From NCBI RefSeq assembly GCF_000485595.1, contig NW_014577078.1, positions 152,427-216,426 on the forward strand: a DNA stretch of 64,000 bases, written 5' to 3'. This DNA is from Priapulus caudatus (lineage: Eukaryota). Positions 13,724 through 26,405 of the stretch are shown here, piece by piece. A program made the position numbers and the translations under genes. The notes under the pieces are model-generated. The model made no database searches. It was not told the origin of the DNA and saw only the letters and a list, made by a program, of their open reading frames with translations. Every line of letters begins with the position of its first letter. Position 1 is the stretch's first letter.

Positions 13724-14420
13724 AAATAAACGTGTCAATGACACTGTAGCTCACCACAAAAAATGACCCAATGAGTGAGTGAGAAGAAGTCAGTTTTAAC
13801 TGAGCAACCATCGACGTACATTATAGAAACGAAGAGTATATATGGGAGAACTCCCATTATATACACTTGATAATTATGTGTAATTTTTTTATGTGAAAAT
13901 AATAAATAATATTATATATATATAAATTATAAATAATTTATAAACCAAAATAAATCACAATTTGTGACGGTAGATGGCGCTATACCAGCTTTGATGTTTC
14001 TTAGCATAAATCATTATATCATAATAATAATAATAATATAATAATAATAGTATAAATCATAATATGTTCATAACAGGAATTTTGCATTAAAGATATTGTC
14101 AATGAAATCTTGTAAAACGAACCAGACGAGTGTGACACCACAGACTGTTTGTGTCTATATAATATGCTATATAATTGCCAAACCCTACCTAATTTGCATA
14201 ATTTATTTTTAAATATCAAAACCCCTAGCTCTTATTCAGTCACATACCAAAAATGAGCAAAATCCGTTGAACCTGAACTGACTAATATCAATTCCCATTT
14301 TTGCCAAAAAATTGCCGTGGCGGGAAAGTACGTCGACTGGCCAAATTGTTGACGGACGTATGACGGACCACGACCCATGGCAATTTAGCTCAGCTAGATG
14401 ATGTCAAGGTGAGCTAAAAA
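13724..14420 (-). mobile_element. HINE family 2, copy A
   Basis: Starts TTTTTAGCTCACCTTGAC; ends GGTGAGCTA + hairpin GTGTCATTGACAC + T-run; reverse-complement homologous to 28742-29649. Confidence 0.75.
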
Positions 14421-14677
14421 TGTACTAGTCCTTCCAAGATTCTACTAGTCCTGCCGAAGGACTCTTACTAGGCGCAGAGCGACGGGCATTGTGATTTGCC
14501 AGGAGGTAGGTGGGGTAGGAGGGTGGAGCCCCCCTTCTGCTAGGGGGTACAGGGGGTCTCCCCCAGGGTACAAGGGGTGTACCCCAGAAAGGTTTTGTAA
14601 AAGACATTCAATTGTATAAAATATACGTAACTTTAATATAGATCATAAGATTAAAATTAAAATTTAATTTAATTTTA

Positions 14678-15300
14678 ATTCGAAAATAAAATTTCCGCCT
14701 CCTTTGATGAGGAATCTGTGGATCCGTCACTTATCACAGCAAGGAATTTGGCCTCATTTATAGCTCCAAACTGTTCCCGGCGCCTTGCATCAGCTATCGC
14801 TGTAATGAACCTTTGGCAGGCCTTGTCGGTGAGGTAGGTGCTGCCGACATCTAACGGTAACCCCTTGGCGTTGTCAAGCTGGCACAGCTTGACATAATCG
14901 GTATAGGGCCTGCCGTTTTTTCCAATAGCATGTGCATTTCTAATTAGGATATTTAGTTTTGCTATTGTGGCCTTGTTCATTAAAATTAGTGTTTTTGCCC
15001 CCACTGACACTGTTTGGTGAACAGGCATGGTCCTTGCATTTCTTTTTGCTATGATCTTTCTGTGCCCCTCGGAAGCATCATGCGCTTTAACAGTTTCCAA
15101 ACGATAATTTGTAGTGCCGGTGAAAATACTACCACTACCAGACATACAGCCTGCACCATAGGTATACCCTTGCCCTTGGCCGGTTCATACTCTACTACTC
15201 TAGCCACGGGTATGACGATTTCCACGCTGGCTGGAATGTACGCATCCTTTTGGTCTTATCATAGACCACGCTGGCCATCTAATTTCTCCTCCTGCGACTT
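14678..15300 (-). pseudogene. Truncated ZNF862-like hAT transposase fragment
   Basis: ...HDASEGH...AHAIGKNGRPYTDYVKLCQLD...YLTDKACQRFI...FLAVISDGSTDSSSKEAEI, preceded by a frameshifted FQPAWKSSYPWL (TTF zinc-finger-like) segment; truncated after the first catalytic D. Confidence 0.75.
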
Positions 15301-15805
15301 ACGTTTGGGAGGTGGAGGACGAGCTCCGTACAAATACTTTCACATAACAACCTTGATGTTAGTATTGGATAAGGATGTACCTACTACTACAGGGTTTCTT
15401 ATACATAAGAGGCACAGTGGCGCACCGCCGTTGTCAAATTTAACATCGCCGTTGTGAAAATGTTCCTGTATTTACTGATAAGTATATCCTGGCTGTATCT
15501 ATATATACCTATAAGTATATCAATACATCCTGTATTTGAATCCATCATGTGCATTTTTTTCCCAAACTGGCCATTACCTCCTTTGTCTAATTTTCCCTCA
15601 GAAGAAACCCTGTACTATGCTTCACTACTTGTATCCCTACTATAGATAACTATTTGTATCGACAGCTTCAAGTAAAACGCGTCTATTAAACAGCAGGCTT
15701 CTCCCTACGTTGCGCAAACCGGGTGCGCCCGCCCCGTTTGGGAAAACTCCCCCCACCGTTTCAATCGTTGCGCCCCGTTTAAATTACCTCCGCCCCGATT
15801 AAATT

Positions 15806-16147
15806 CCACCACAATAAAAGTTTGACAGCGTGGGAATCGATCGTCAAGAATTCCCATTCGACCAGGCACCCGGACGCGTGTATTTTTACGGTACAACTAA
15901 TGAGTAAACGTACTACACTACGCATGCACTGCAGACCACACACAGGTCAAAACAGTCACCCTGTCCCAAACCCTAACACAAACTGTACCGACTCGGCTGT
16001 CTTATATATATACAAGTACCTAAAATACCGTCTATGGTGTAGGACGTTTACTCATTAGTGGTACCGTAAAAATACACGCGTCCAGGGGCCTGGTCGAATG
16101 GGAATTCTTGACGATCGATTCCAACGCTGTCAAACTTTTATTGTGGT
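15806..16147. repeat. Two ~85-bp Tc1/pogo-like element ends (TACCGTAAAAATACACGCG) facing outward next to an assembly gap
   Basis: 15806-15893 is the reverse complement of 16062-16147; the N-run is at 16148-16157. Confidence 0.7.
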
Positions 16148-16157
16148 NNNNNNNNNN
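16148..16157. other. Assembly gap (10 N)
   Basis: Run of n characters. Confidence 1.
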
Positions 16158-16310
16158 CCCCACTGCATGTTGTTTGTTTCGCATGGGCAAAGCCATCGGA
16201 AAATTCAAAATAATAATGGAATAAAAATACCAAAATGTAGGGGTGAACTTGCTGGTTTGCTGGTTCCAAATCGAGTTCAGCTCTCATAAATCAGAAAACC
16301 TGACATATAC

Positions 16311-16541
16311 CAGTGTTGGAAATAGCAGCTGGTATGCGTCGCTTTCCCACACCATTGATTAATGGCGGGCCACAAGGCTATAAGTGCTCTTGGAGAACCC
16401 CTGAGAAAAACATAAATAAAGTGCGTTTTTTCGTCAACTTTTTTCTTGGTTGTCCACCGGACAATGTCTCAGACTGGTTAGGTTGTCCGGCACAAATTCT
16501 GGTTGTCTCGGACAACCGGACAACGCTTATTTCGAGCACTG
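16311..16541. mobile_element. hAT-type MITE
   Basis: CAGTGTTGGAAATA / TATTTCGAGCACTG TIRs; degenerate 8-bp TSD acatatac/atatatat. Confidence 0.65.
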
Positions 16542-17083
16542 ATATATATAGCTCTTTGGATCTTGGTTGAGAGAAGCTGCTGCCAGGGACTATAGTAAAA
16601 TCGATGGGAGGATGGGAAATTGGGACAATGAGGGATGGGGAAAATAACTAGTCCGCAGGACTAACGGCTATGGGGCATTTACTAGTCCTTCTGATTTTTT
16701 ACTAGTCTCGGACCAACAGACTAGCATTAGTGTCGAACCCTGGTTGTAAATGTTTGTTTTGGTATACGATCGGTAGATAACTTAAGTAATATTTCTGACG
16801 TGTTTTCCATGAAAAACACACTTTACTAATTTTAAAATATAAAATATATCATTATTATAATTGCAATTCTGTGTGTAAATGTGTTATTTTCAGCTTAATC
16901 TTAAAGTTATGAAGAGGTCTAGGATCTCGTAATGTTAAGAGAAAATTTGAGAAGATTTTCGTTCTTGTAACTAAATTACGATATTTCTGTCAACGGTTTA
17001 CGAGTCGAAGTTAATGTTAAGACTAGTTTTGTTTCTGACAACAGGCCCCAGGATTGCTTCATCCTGATCTGCCCAAATGGTAG

Positions 17084-19296
17084 CTCTAGTACTATAGCCC
17101 GCGTACATTGACTGCCGCAGGGCTATAGAACATGTTCAGCTAGATTTCGCTGCTGCAACAGTTCCCAAAGTACCCACGAAAAATCGCTTCACAAAACGCA
17201 AAATGATCAGGCTTTTTAACACTTATCTATCTACGTGGACATCTCACCTATCTTTTTGAACACTTTCCACAACTTTACACCATGTATTTATGCCTTTAAA
17301 TTAGCTTTATTCCTCACAAGTCAGCACTACTGGCTGTACAGTTTGAAATATTGTGGCGTGCGAACGCGTGACGTCACCGGTATTGTATATACATGCACCA
17401 TAGCTGCCATGTGTTTTGCGTCCTATCCTACATTATCCTTCCCCCGGCCTCCGCATCAGGCGTTGCACGCCGTCTACCCTGACGCTTCATCTCTCGTCCT
17501 CAACGGTTCTACTGTCCCGGCCATCGCCACAATATTCCGTCACAAAACTCCTCACAGCCAGTGTCCTTCTCTTTCTATCCCCTGCTGCCCCCCTGTGCTG
17601 ACTATGCTTGATCGAGAATAAAGGCTATTAATAAGAAATAATATTACATGGTGTAAGAGTTGTGGAAAGCATGTTCTAAAAAGAAGAGGGGATCCGATTG
17701 GTCTGACGTAGATAGATAATGCTTAAAAAGACTCCTGACCTCGTGTGCGTCTTTGTTAATAGGGCGATTTTTTCCCGTCCGGGAACTTTGTGGACTGTCT
17801 TGCTCACGGCAGCGAAACATCTAGACTGACAAAATGTCTCGATAGCCCTGCGGCGGAGTCAATGTATGCCGGGCTATAGTGCATCTAGATAGACTATAGC
17901 CCGCGGATCTGCCTTGCGCACGCGGCTATTAGACATTCTGCCATAGATGTAATAGCTACAGCAAATAGTTCCAACTGATGTGGACCAAAAATTTTATCCC
18001 AAAACGTAAAAAGGATCGGGCTTTTTTAACACTTATCTATCAACATGAGAATCTCACTATCTTTGTTGAACACCTTCAAATTGACACTTTTGGGGGCCCG
18101 GTTGACCAGGAAAAAAAATTAGTCTTACATTAACCTCTTAATACTTAGTTTTCTCTTAAAGCGATGCAGGAAACTTCGACTAAAGGCAGTTTAAGAGAAT
18201 TAAAAATTCTCCGGTAACTTTTTCTTAACTAGCAGCCGCCAAGCACCACGGGCGCATTAAAGGATATAGACGCTCCCTCCTTAACTTTTAGATATTTAGA
18301 AAGTGAAGGATAACCATTTACACGGAACGAATTTTACAAATTATAGGTGAGTATTATATTTTATCAATAATGAATAAAATCGCTCGTGGTTTTTCTTGAA
18401 AAAACGTCAAAATCATAATTATCTTACCGCTAATAAAACACAAGATTCATACATTTATAAATGACGTATCGGCATTTGTTCTCTTGTTTCAAGCGCCTCG
18501 TCATTGCAACGCTCTGCCAACGATTCTCGCGTCTGTGTTGGTGTCAGTGTGAGAAATTTGTCTTGTTGTGCAGAATTCTATTCAGTGACCACGTCAATAT
18601 TCATCAATTTATTTATATGTGTTTAGCCCATCATAATATGCCTAATAGTACTGTGGTGTACAGAATAATGGTAGTGATTTGGAAATTTTGTGTCGGATTC
18701 CATCCAATTCAGAGCCTTGTGTATGAAGGTTGCCTGGCTATCGTAAGTTTTATTAAGGAAGTTTATTTAAAGTGGTGCTTCTGCAACTGCTCTAAAATTA
18801 AGCACTTGTAGCATTAACATTAGACTTAAAATTAATCGGTTAACTTACGAGAGGTTTTTATGGGGGTCTCCAGGGTATTTATCTGTTATTCTCAAAGTTC
18901 TTAGCCACTACTGTTGTTTTGTTTTCAAATGCGTTGCTCTGCTTATGATTGTGCACGCCCGGTGTGTCTTCTTTGAGGTCAGGCAATTACCGCATAGCAT
19001 AATACCGCATTCGTCGAACTAGTAAAGTTGTTGGTAGTGTTATCAAAAAGATAGAGTGGGGGGAGGGGGGCGGAGGGGACGAGCATGATCCATCGTTGAT
19101 AGGCGCAGTAGGATGTTAGAAAGCCGCAGATTTTACGTTTTGGTGTGTGTGCATTCTCTCTTAGGTAATAGCGATCAGCTTGAGCACCATTTGTTTCTTA
19201 GATTATGATCTAATGGCATGAATTTGTTATCTATCCCTTCTGTATTATGACACTGTCCGAGCTAGCGACTCCGTCGGCCGGGCTATAGTACTAGAG
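17084..19296. mobile_element. Unclassified element with 18-bp perfect inverted ends and internal duplication
   Basis: CTCTAGTACTATAGCCCG (17084-17101) vs CGGGCTATAGTACTAGAG (19279-19296); internal direct duplication ~17200-17265 / ~18012-18075. Confidence 0.5.
17352..17665 (+). mobile_element. LTR remnant with degenerate tRNA primer-binding site
   Basis: TGT...ACA (17352-17648), AATAAA near 17617, followed by TGGTGTAAGAGTTGTGG, which resembles a TGGTGTCAGAAGT PBS. Confidence 0.55.
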
Positions 19297-20169
19297 AACT
19301 CGCAGGGTGCTATAAGTAACCTTAGAGGAGCATATTCATTGGAAAATATCTTCGAACCAGTATTCATGTTTTCACTGTGATCCCTACTCATCACTGACTG
19401 GTTGCATAGATACTCACGAACAGCAATCCAATTGCCTAGCGCGTCAAACGCTCAATATTTGCATGTGCTCTGGTAATCAATTGAACCATTCACATTTGGC
19501 CACTGGCAAGCTCTTGGAAACAGGTCTCACAGCAATCTTGTGATCCGGAATCATCGATAATTTGATAGTATCGACTATTCAGTATCAGTGCTGTAGTTAC
19601 TATTAGTTCATTACTATTAAGCTATTTAGTTATTACTTAGTAATTAGTAGCCTATTAGTATACGGATTCCAGTTGATCATAAACAATGAGTGGCGCCCGA
19701 AAAACATGCGAACAGTCGGCTGGACAGGTCACGCGCCGACTCGGATCACGCGTCTTAAGCTCGCCTCTCTCTCTCCTTCACTTCTCGCTCTCAGGTTAGA
19801 TAGGGTTAGGGCTTTAGGTTCTAGGCTCATATGACATTTAGCGCAGTTAGTTTCAGGCGTTAGGTCTAGGGCTTCCTGCTACTTCTAAACTATATATAAT
19901 AATTACACACAACGACACGACGGCGTCTATTTCCGAAATCTAGCGCCACCGCGCATCTTGTGTCGTTAAGTATGAAAGAATGGACTGCCGTACCCGTAGC
20001 CTCGAGACATTAAGATACGGCTGGCGTACCCGTAGCCACTGCCAAACAAATGCGCAAGATTACTGGATCAGTGTCATCAAGATTATATCATGATACGCCT
20101 ATATAAACATGCCAAAACAAATTATCAATAACAACGACGAAGACAACATTGGATTAGAACTTCACTCAC

Positions 20170-20529
20170 GTCTGATACCACAAAATCATAGCACTCGGAA
20201 ATCTTTTGGTACAACTCTTTCACGTTGGTAAAACCTGAGATGATCCCGGTAGGGCTGCCTTGGGCTTGTTGCACGTGAAATACTAGTCGTTGACGGGATG
20301 TTTCCTGATGATTTCCTTCATTGGGCTGTGGTGTCCCGTTAGACTGCTGTGTCCTAGGTGGTTGTGCTTGAGTGTGTGGTCTTGTCGGTGAGGATTTTGG
20401 CTCAGAATTTGGTAATGCAGCCCCGTAACCACTTCCGGCGCCATCTTTGTACGAAGAGTCATGTTTATCCTCGCCGACACCGTGTCCATCCGCACTATCC
20501 TTATTCTTCTTTTTACTAAAAAAGGGCAT
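20170..20529 (-). CDS. GIPC1: GIPC coding exon 1 (low-complexity N-terminus + start of GH1)
   Basis: ATG at 20529 (MPFFSKKK...); ends ...CYDFVVSD, then GTGAGT donor at 20169; phase 0. Confidence 0.92.
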
Positions 20530-20979
20530 GTTCACATGTACGTTTATAGCGAATGGCGTAGCATGTACAAGTATCGTCCAAATTATATTGAAATCAACGG
20601 ATCCACCTCACAATCAGTGAATCATAGAAACATCGACATTGACACGGTAGACAAATTTGGTCCCTTAAAGGGATTTGAATCTGGCATCCGAACAGGGTGT
20701 TTTGAATCGACACGGTTCATGATCGTAAGAAAAAATATATATACACTGCAGTGGTTTAAACTATTTAGTATTATATAATAATTATTATTTCATATTGTAA
20801 TTAAATTTGCAAGCACGATACATCTAATGTCGTGAGAACTAAAATGATTAATCTCCCAATTCACCTACCGGTGCCCAAATCGTTCTTTTCAACGCCACCA
20901 TAGCGGTGATTGGCGGTATCACAAAAAGCTTTTTTTTTATTGGTTATGGCATAGGTTATGGACTCTGAATAGTAAATGT

Positions 20980-23920
20980 TTCTTGACAGATAAAACGAAT
21001 CAATCCCACGTACTGTTTCAATTTCAATTTCAATTTTTGGTATAGATGAGCTGTATCTCTATGTGCAAGCCATGAAATTTCATGAAATTTCCAGCGCCTA
21101 TATAATTATATATGTGTAAACACTAATTTTGAATTTTTATGTAAAATAGTATTTTGGATATTTCTCAATTACTACAAAAGGTGTGAAAGCAACATTTGTT
21201 ACCACAAGTTAAATACAATTTGTACCAAAATCGTGCGTCAAGATTTTTTTTCACGATTTATATACCAAAAAAAGAAGAAAAAAACTGCATAATAGGCATA
21301 TATGTTATGCCGTATATTGTTATCGCTCCATTTTAGTGTAAAAATTGCAAAAACTCCCTCGTGTGGGAGGGGGGACACGCCACCTCCCACACCCTTTCTC
21401 GCTCTGTCGCTACGCGCCCTCACTTTGTGCCAAAATAAAAAAAACGAACCCCCCCTCCCAATAAAAAGCTGGCTACGGGCCTGAAAAAGTAACACTAAAT
21501 GCCTAAAATTAAGAGAGAAATTACAGATAAAAGTAATGCTTTTAAACTAGACACAAACTGATACAAATAGAACAATATTATGCTACACATAGCACAACAC
21601 GCTGGTACAAATTTGATAACATTTCAATATAAATAGCATAACATTCCATAGCTGCTAAAAAAATAAGATAAAGATACATATGAATGCTGGAAGAGCGCAA
21701 AATTCGTGGAAAACTAAGCAAATGATTATAGCTACTATTTCAGAAATAATTAATATAACCTAATTAATACAAGTTTAATTAAAAATAATAATACACATTT
21801 AGGTTCAACCTGCCAGGATAAAAGTGGAAGCTGTTAGCATAATATAGGGAGACAATTACAATAACATATACTGCTACAACATACTGGTACAAATGACAAA
21901 TATATATAAGTACGGAAGTATCACAAGATTCTTGCAAAATTGGGAAAAAGGTTGGAAACACAAATGCAGAAATAACGTAACATGTAATTAACATTGTGAG
22001 TAAACATAAACATAGCTTGCTATCATAACCTTAATTTGACTTAAATGTAATACAACAACCGCTAGAATAAAGTCAGAGTTACCATATTAGCATAACATTT
22101 TGACACAGGATAAAATATTAGTAGAACAGATGGTAGAACAGGGCCGTAGCCTCTGGGGGGCAAGGGGTGTAGCTGCCCCCAATAGATTTTGGAGCAAATT
22201 TAACGTGATTTTTTGGTCACTTATCCGTGAAAACCTTGTCTCAGACCCACCCCCACTACGCTATATGGGCGTTGCTCATCATTACACAGTTGAGTCATGA
22301 AATTTTGCCCCCCCCCCCCGTAGGAATTTGCTCAGCCTACGGCCAAGTACCGGATCTCAGATATCGGATATCAGGAGTGGATAAAAGATATCTCTGCGGA
22401 GTGGCTGACTTGAAGACTGTATAGTCAATTCGCCCTCCCTCGCTGTATTTATTTTTGTGATATTTGTAAAAATGTAATATACTTGAAAGCGTAAATAAAT
22501 TTCAAAATATAAAATCTAAAAAATCTAAATCCTGATTATACATCGACGCTAGATGGCAGTAGCGATCAGTGTGACTGTCATGGACGAATGTTGACGTGCA
22601 ATTCTGCATTTTTATATTGCTTTTTGCGGGAAATACCCAATATCAACGTTTCTTGAGGTAATTGACGGCGGATACCAATTAATATAAGCGCGTAAGTGAC
22701 GCGCGCAAATACGAAGAGAAATGTGAGGGCCGCAGCTCACGGATTGTAAGTGAAATCGCGTGAAATACGCGAGCGTTGAAATGGTGAGAAACATTCAAAC
22801 AGTAAAAACACACATGCGTCTAACAGCTAAAATGCGTAAACAGAGGAATTGCTCCGACCTGTGATTGGAGGATAAAAATAGAATTCGTGACGTTTCGTTT
22901 CACCGGTCATAGCCGCGCGTGTATTAGTCTATGACTATGAGCGGTACCACGCGTGCATATTTACTATAATTAATTAGACTAATCCGTTAATCGTGCTTCA
23001 ATATAGACTCAAAATTCACAGAGATTAAGGCTAAGACATGGTATGTCTGTATAATATATTCTATAATAGCTAGAATTAATAGAAATGTAACTGAAATCGT
23101 TCGCGCCATATGATAGTTAGAATTAATATTAATAACAAACGATGATGCGCATTTTATAGCAATGTTTTACCTATAAAACGAGTGTAAAATTAAAGGGAGA
23201 GTTTACTCTAGGTTCTAGGGTTATTTTCAGCTAATTTAGGTTATAATTACGCTACAGAAAAAGTTTCATGGTTCAATCACCATTAGAAATATTATTTTTT
23301 TAATGTTTTAAAACTAACGACTACAGTTTGATTGCAACGACGGTGGCGCCACTTAAAGCACACGATCTGATAAGTTGCGCAAAACCACTTTCCAGCCAAG
23401 GGCTACAGACCAAGGGTGTTTCTTATTTATTAATTTAAAAGCAAAAGGATTGTAATATCTTATAAACGACATGTAGTTTCAGTTATAATATGGATAAATG
23501 TGCCCTAAAATGAATATCGTTCGGTTAAATAGCATTTAGGTATTAATATAATTGCACTTTTGTGATTAGCCCTCGGTCTGTAACGTGCAAAATAAATTGT
23601 CAAATACGCAACTTTTTCAGGGTGGCAGCACGGTCGCGGGTGTCATGGCGCCATTCAAATTTCGTAGCGTTGATGTGTAATGTGTGATAACAATTAAATT
23701 ATGTATCTGGTAACAAATACGTGTGGGTATAGACGATTTGTTATACAGTAAGTACAGTTGTATGCAGTAAAATCCTAGAAGCTACTGTCCCTTTAAATTA
23801 TTCCGAGTTGTAATGGCAGAGAGAAATCGAAACGGAGAAATCAGCGTTTTACTATTTTTCATAATGCTCGACCGCCTGTATGCAAAATTGGTGAACGTAT
23901 GTGAAACATTTACTGTGGGA
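20980..23920 (-). mobile_element. Fragmented old copy of the Kolobok-type element at 32967-34076, split by later insertions
   Basis: Segments ~21000-21175, ~23070-23193 and ~23793-23920 are reverse-complement homologous, in order, to ~33480-34015. Confidence 0.6.
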
Positions 23921-24420
23921 CGATCACGACCTGATCAATCGCCCATAAAAGAGGAAAACGTTACAATATACAAAACTATACGCACGCAATGGTGGAAATT
24001 GTCGCATTATAAAATATGAACATGAATATACATTGTATCCTTCGCATACATACATACATACATAATACGCTCTTAATACCTTCTTAATATGTTCTTGATT
24101 CAGATTGTATACATATAAAAAGTGATGCTTGTAGGTTGTTTCTTCACAGCGACGCTAGATGGCAGCAAGCAACAGAAAAATCGAAATCGTGCATTATTTT
24201 TTACGTGCACGAATTTTTATAATCGTGACTGTTTTACCATCGTCTTAAGGGGGAAAAAACGTAACATCCGCCTTTCTTGATGGAATTGAGTGCGGATACC
24301 ACGTAGTATAAGTGCGTAAATGATTCATGAAATGAGCAACGTACAACGTGGAGTTGTAGCAGCGTGAATATAAATGAAACGCGAACGTCGGAATCCCGAA
24401 AGATACTCAAACGCGTAAAC
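22540..24420 (+). repeat. Two diverged copies of a ~280-bp repeat (~22540-22830 and ~24148-24420)
   Basis: Shared CGACGCTAGATGGCAG and GCGGATACCA....TATAAG(C/T)GCGTAA(G/A)TGA blocks. Confidence 0.55.
23194..23792. mobile_element. Kolobok-type MITE (TTAA TSD)
   Basis: TTAA|AGGGAGAGT...ACTGTCCCT|TTAA; removing it rejoins the host sequence seen intact at 33610-33640. Confidence 0.75.
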
Positions 24421-24906
24421 AGGCGCGTGGCCTCGGTTCAACGCCATTTTCTTTCGCCTCTCTGCGAACAAGGACATGTTTCTTGGTAGAGATGAATAAG
24501 CAAGACCCAGAAGAAGAGCCCTGTCGATTTTAAAGTCTCTATAGGGCCTACCGCCACATTTGCGAAAATGAGGGCCGGGGACCCAAACTAGGATTGTAGG
24601 CCTACGGTGATGTGGATCGCTTGCGCAATATAGTTTTACCATGACTAACCATGCATTGAGCAACCATTATTGCAATCAAATCACTTTTGGATGACATAAC
24701 TTAAGTAATTAATTTAAGATGAGAAGCACCCAATCTGTTTGTTATTATTTGCAGAATACTTGGCGTAACCATTTTTAGAGATGGAACGTGCTAAAACCTG
24801 GACAAAACGTAAACCAAGCTAAAAGTAACAGTGACCAGACCACTGAGTATCCCTTTCGCCATTTCAGCACCCATATGGAAAACTTTCCACATGAGTTCGA
24901 CTCCTA

Positions 24907-26405
24907 GGTGAGAATTTTTTATTTTGTTGGTTTACAGATCCGCCGACCCGAATTTTCAAGAAAAACGAAAAAAAATAATTGAAAATCTGTATTTTTAGCT
25001 CATCTGACATAGTCAGATGCAGCTTGTAGAATCGCATGATCGTCCGTGCGTCCGTCCGTCCGTCAACAGTTGGGCACAAATCTTAACCGCTCGACGTACG
25101 GTCACGATATTCGTGACGTGGGGGGGTAATCCGAAAACGAGTTGGTCAAAGGTCAAAGGTCAAGAGGTGTAAAAGAAGGGGGAACATTCACTCCTTAACT
25201 TAAGGTATAGGGAGGAAATGCAGAATTGCGGCACAAATCTAAACGGCTCGACCTAGGCTCGTGATAGTCGGTGTATAGCATCATGGTAGGAAAGCCATCA
25301 CTGTGCCGAAATTGGAGGTTACAGGTCAAAGGTAATGGGCACAGGGCAGATTTTAGACATTTTCTGAGGACATGGTCTGACGGAGCGATTGAAAACTTTT
25401 TTGTTTCAGCGGTGACCTAGCATTTTTATGGCATTATTGAAAGGACCATGAAATCTACTTTCTGCTGACATGCGAAGAGTAAGTGTCAGATAACCTTTTG
25501 ACCCTCAAGAGGAGAGTTAAACATGGATTTGTTGACTGTCTGTTAGAAAGAATTTGACTGCCGGGTTTGCTAGTAGAATCTATACATGCCTGGATGTATG
25601 AGGCTACAATGTCACAATGAAATTTCAAAAGCTAAATTTGGTTAAAGAAGGTTTATGCTCCTTAAATCGTATAATTTCTATGGCATTCTGTACTGTCAGT
25701 ATGTTACATGTAAAGTATGCCACTGCCAGTGGCTACTGCCAAGTGCATGTAGTGGTGATAGTATTGTGTAATTTTTGCCTGCATTAATTAGTTACAGGTG
25801 TCAGCTCTCTATTTCAGCCTGCAGGCTTGCGTAGGTAAATGGATGAGTGCTTACCTATTCTGTCTGCAAATAGTTTGTTGCTAACTACGTACGATGGGAG
25901 CTTCCATCTTTAATTTTAAGACACTTAAACGTATCGCCATCTCGTGGTCAACTTCATACGGATCCGAACGAACATTCCTTTGAGAAGGTTCCTGATACCA
26001 TCCCTGTGCCTTCCACTGTTTCGGCGTGTATGTGAACACATTTGGGACTAACAGGGTTTACTAGAATCCGACCACTCCACCACAGAGTCACCTCAGTAGA
26101 CGTTAGATGAGCGCTGTCGCTCCGCGGCACTTGTTTTTATTCCCGCCGACCTTTTCTCCAAGAAATATGAATAAAAAAAATGTTAACTTGCACAAACAGT
26201 TTATAATAAAAGTAAAAGTAATTACAAGTTGAGTTTTGTTTTTATTTAGTTTTCTTAAAATACTTTAATATCATGTATAACAGTATCACTGTATTTTGAC
26301 TTGTTTAATCTGACAAAACAACAATGATTTTTTATTTTTTTTATTTTATTGAGTCAACAACAACAACAAAAATTCTGTAAACCAACAAAACAAAAAAATG
26401 TGGCC
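24907..26405. mobile_element. GG-terminal MITE (CTA TSD) hosting HINE family 1 copy B
   Basis: CTA|GGTGAGAATTTTTTATTTTGTTGGTTTACAGA vs TCTGTAAACCAACAAAACAAAAAAATGTGGCC|CTA; internal ccgacc motifs. Confidence 0.7.
24992..26138 (+). mobile_element. HINE family 1, copy B
   Basis: Inverted, closely similar copy of 8634-9806. Confidence 0.8.

Larger units (their letters stand above)
13672..16742 (-). mobile_element. Decayed hAT transposon (ZNF862/C17orf113-like)
   Basis: TIRs CAGGGCTAGATACTAA / TTAGTGTCGAACCCTG, subterminal ACTAGT repeats and an internal transposase fragment. No clear TSD. Confidence 0.7.
12310..17048. mobile_element. PIF/Harbinger-like MITE (CAG TSD) expanded by nested insertions
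   Basis: CAG|GGAGCCGTTGTCAGAAAC at left and GTTTCTGACAACAGGCCC|CAG at right. Confidence 0.6.
4518..20529 (-). other. GIPC1: GIPC-family PDZ adaptor gene, CDS span: join(20170..20529,11649..12018,6893..7002,6288..6369,5992..6120,4518..4573), 1107 nt, ~368 aa
   Basis: Spliced translation gives GH1 (RLVFHVQQAQGSPTG...[24 protein letters not shown]), PDZ ([23 protein letters not shown]) and GH2 (LLESFMGINDIEL...FTDDFIFDLWGVIGDVKSGR), colinear with vertebrate GIPC1 as recalled. All introns are GT-AG with compatible phases (0,1,0,1,1). Confidence 0.95.

Noticed and set aside
15014..15457. 147-aa plus-strand ORF
   Set aside because: Antisense shadow of the decayed hAT transposase.
20245..20290. 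GIPC GH1 motif QQAQGSPTG differing from vertebrate QLAHGSPTG
   Set aside because: The rest of the domain is well conserved; likely ordinary lineage variation, and no functional claim can be supported without an alignment.
20533..20535. ORF-track start for GIPC (MNMPFF)
   Set aside because: That codon is GTG; the first in-frame ATG is at 20529.
23038..23046. ATG|GTATGT as a candidate BLZF1 first coding exon
   Set aside because: A phase-0 donor is out of frame with the phase-1 acceptor at 30381 (stop after 7 codons) and it lies among TE fragments; at most a 5' UTR exon.
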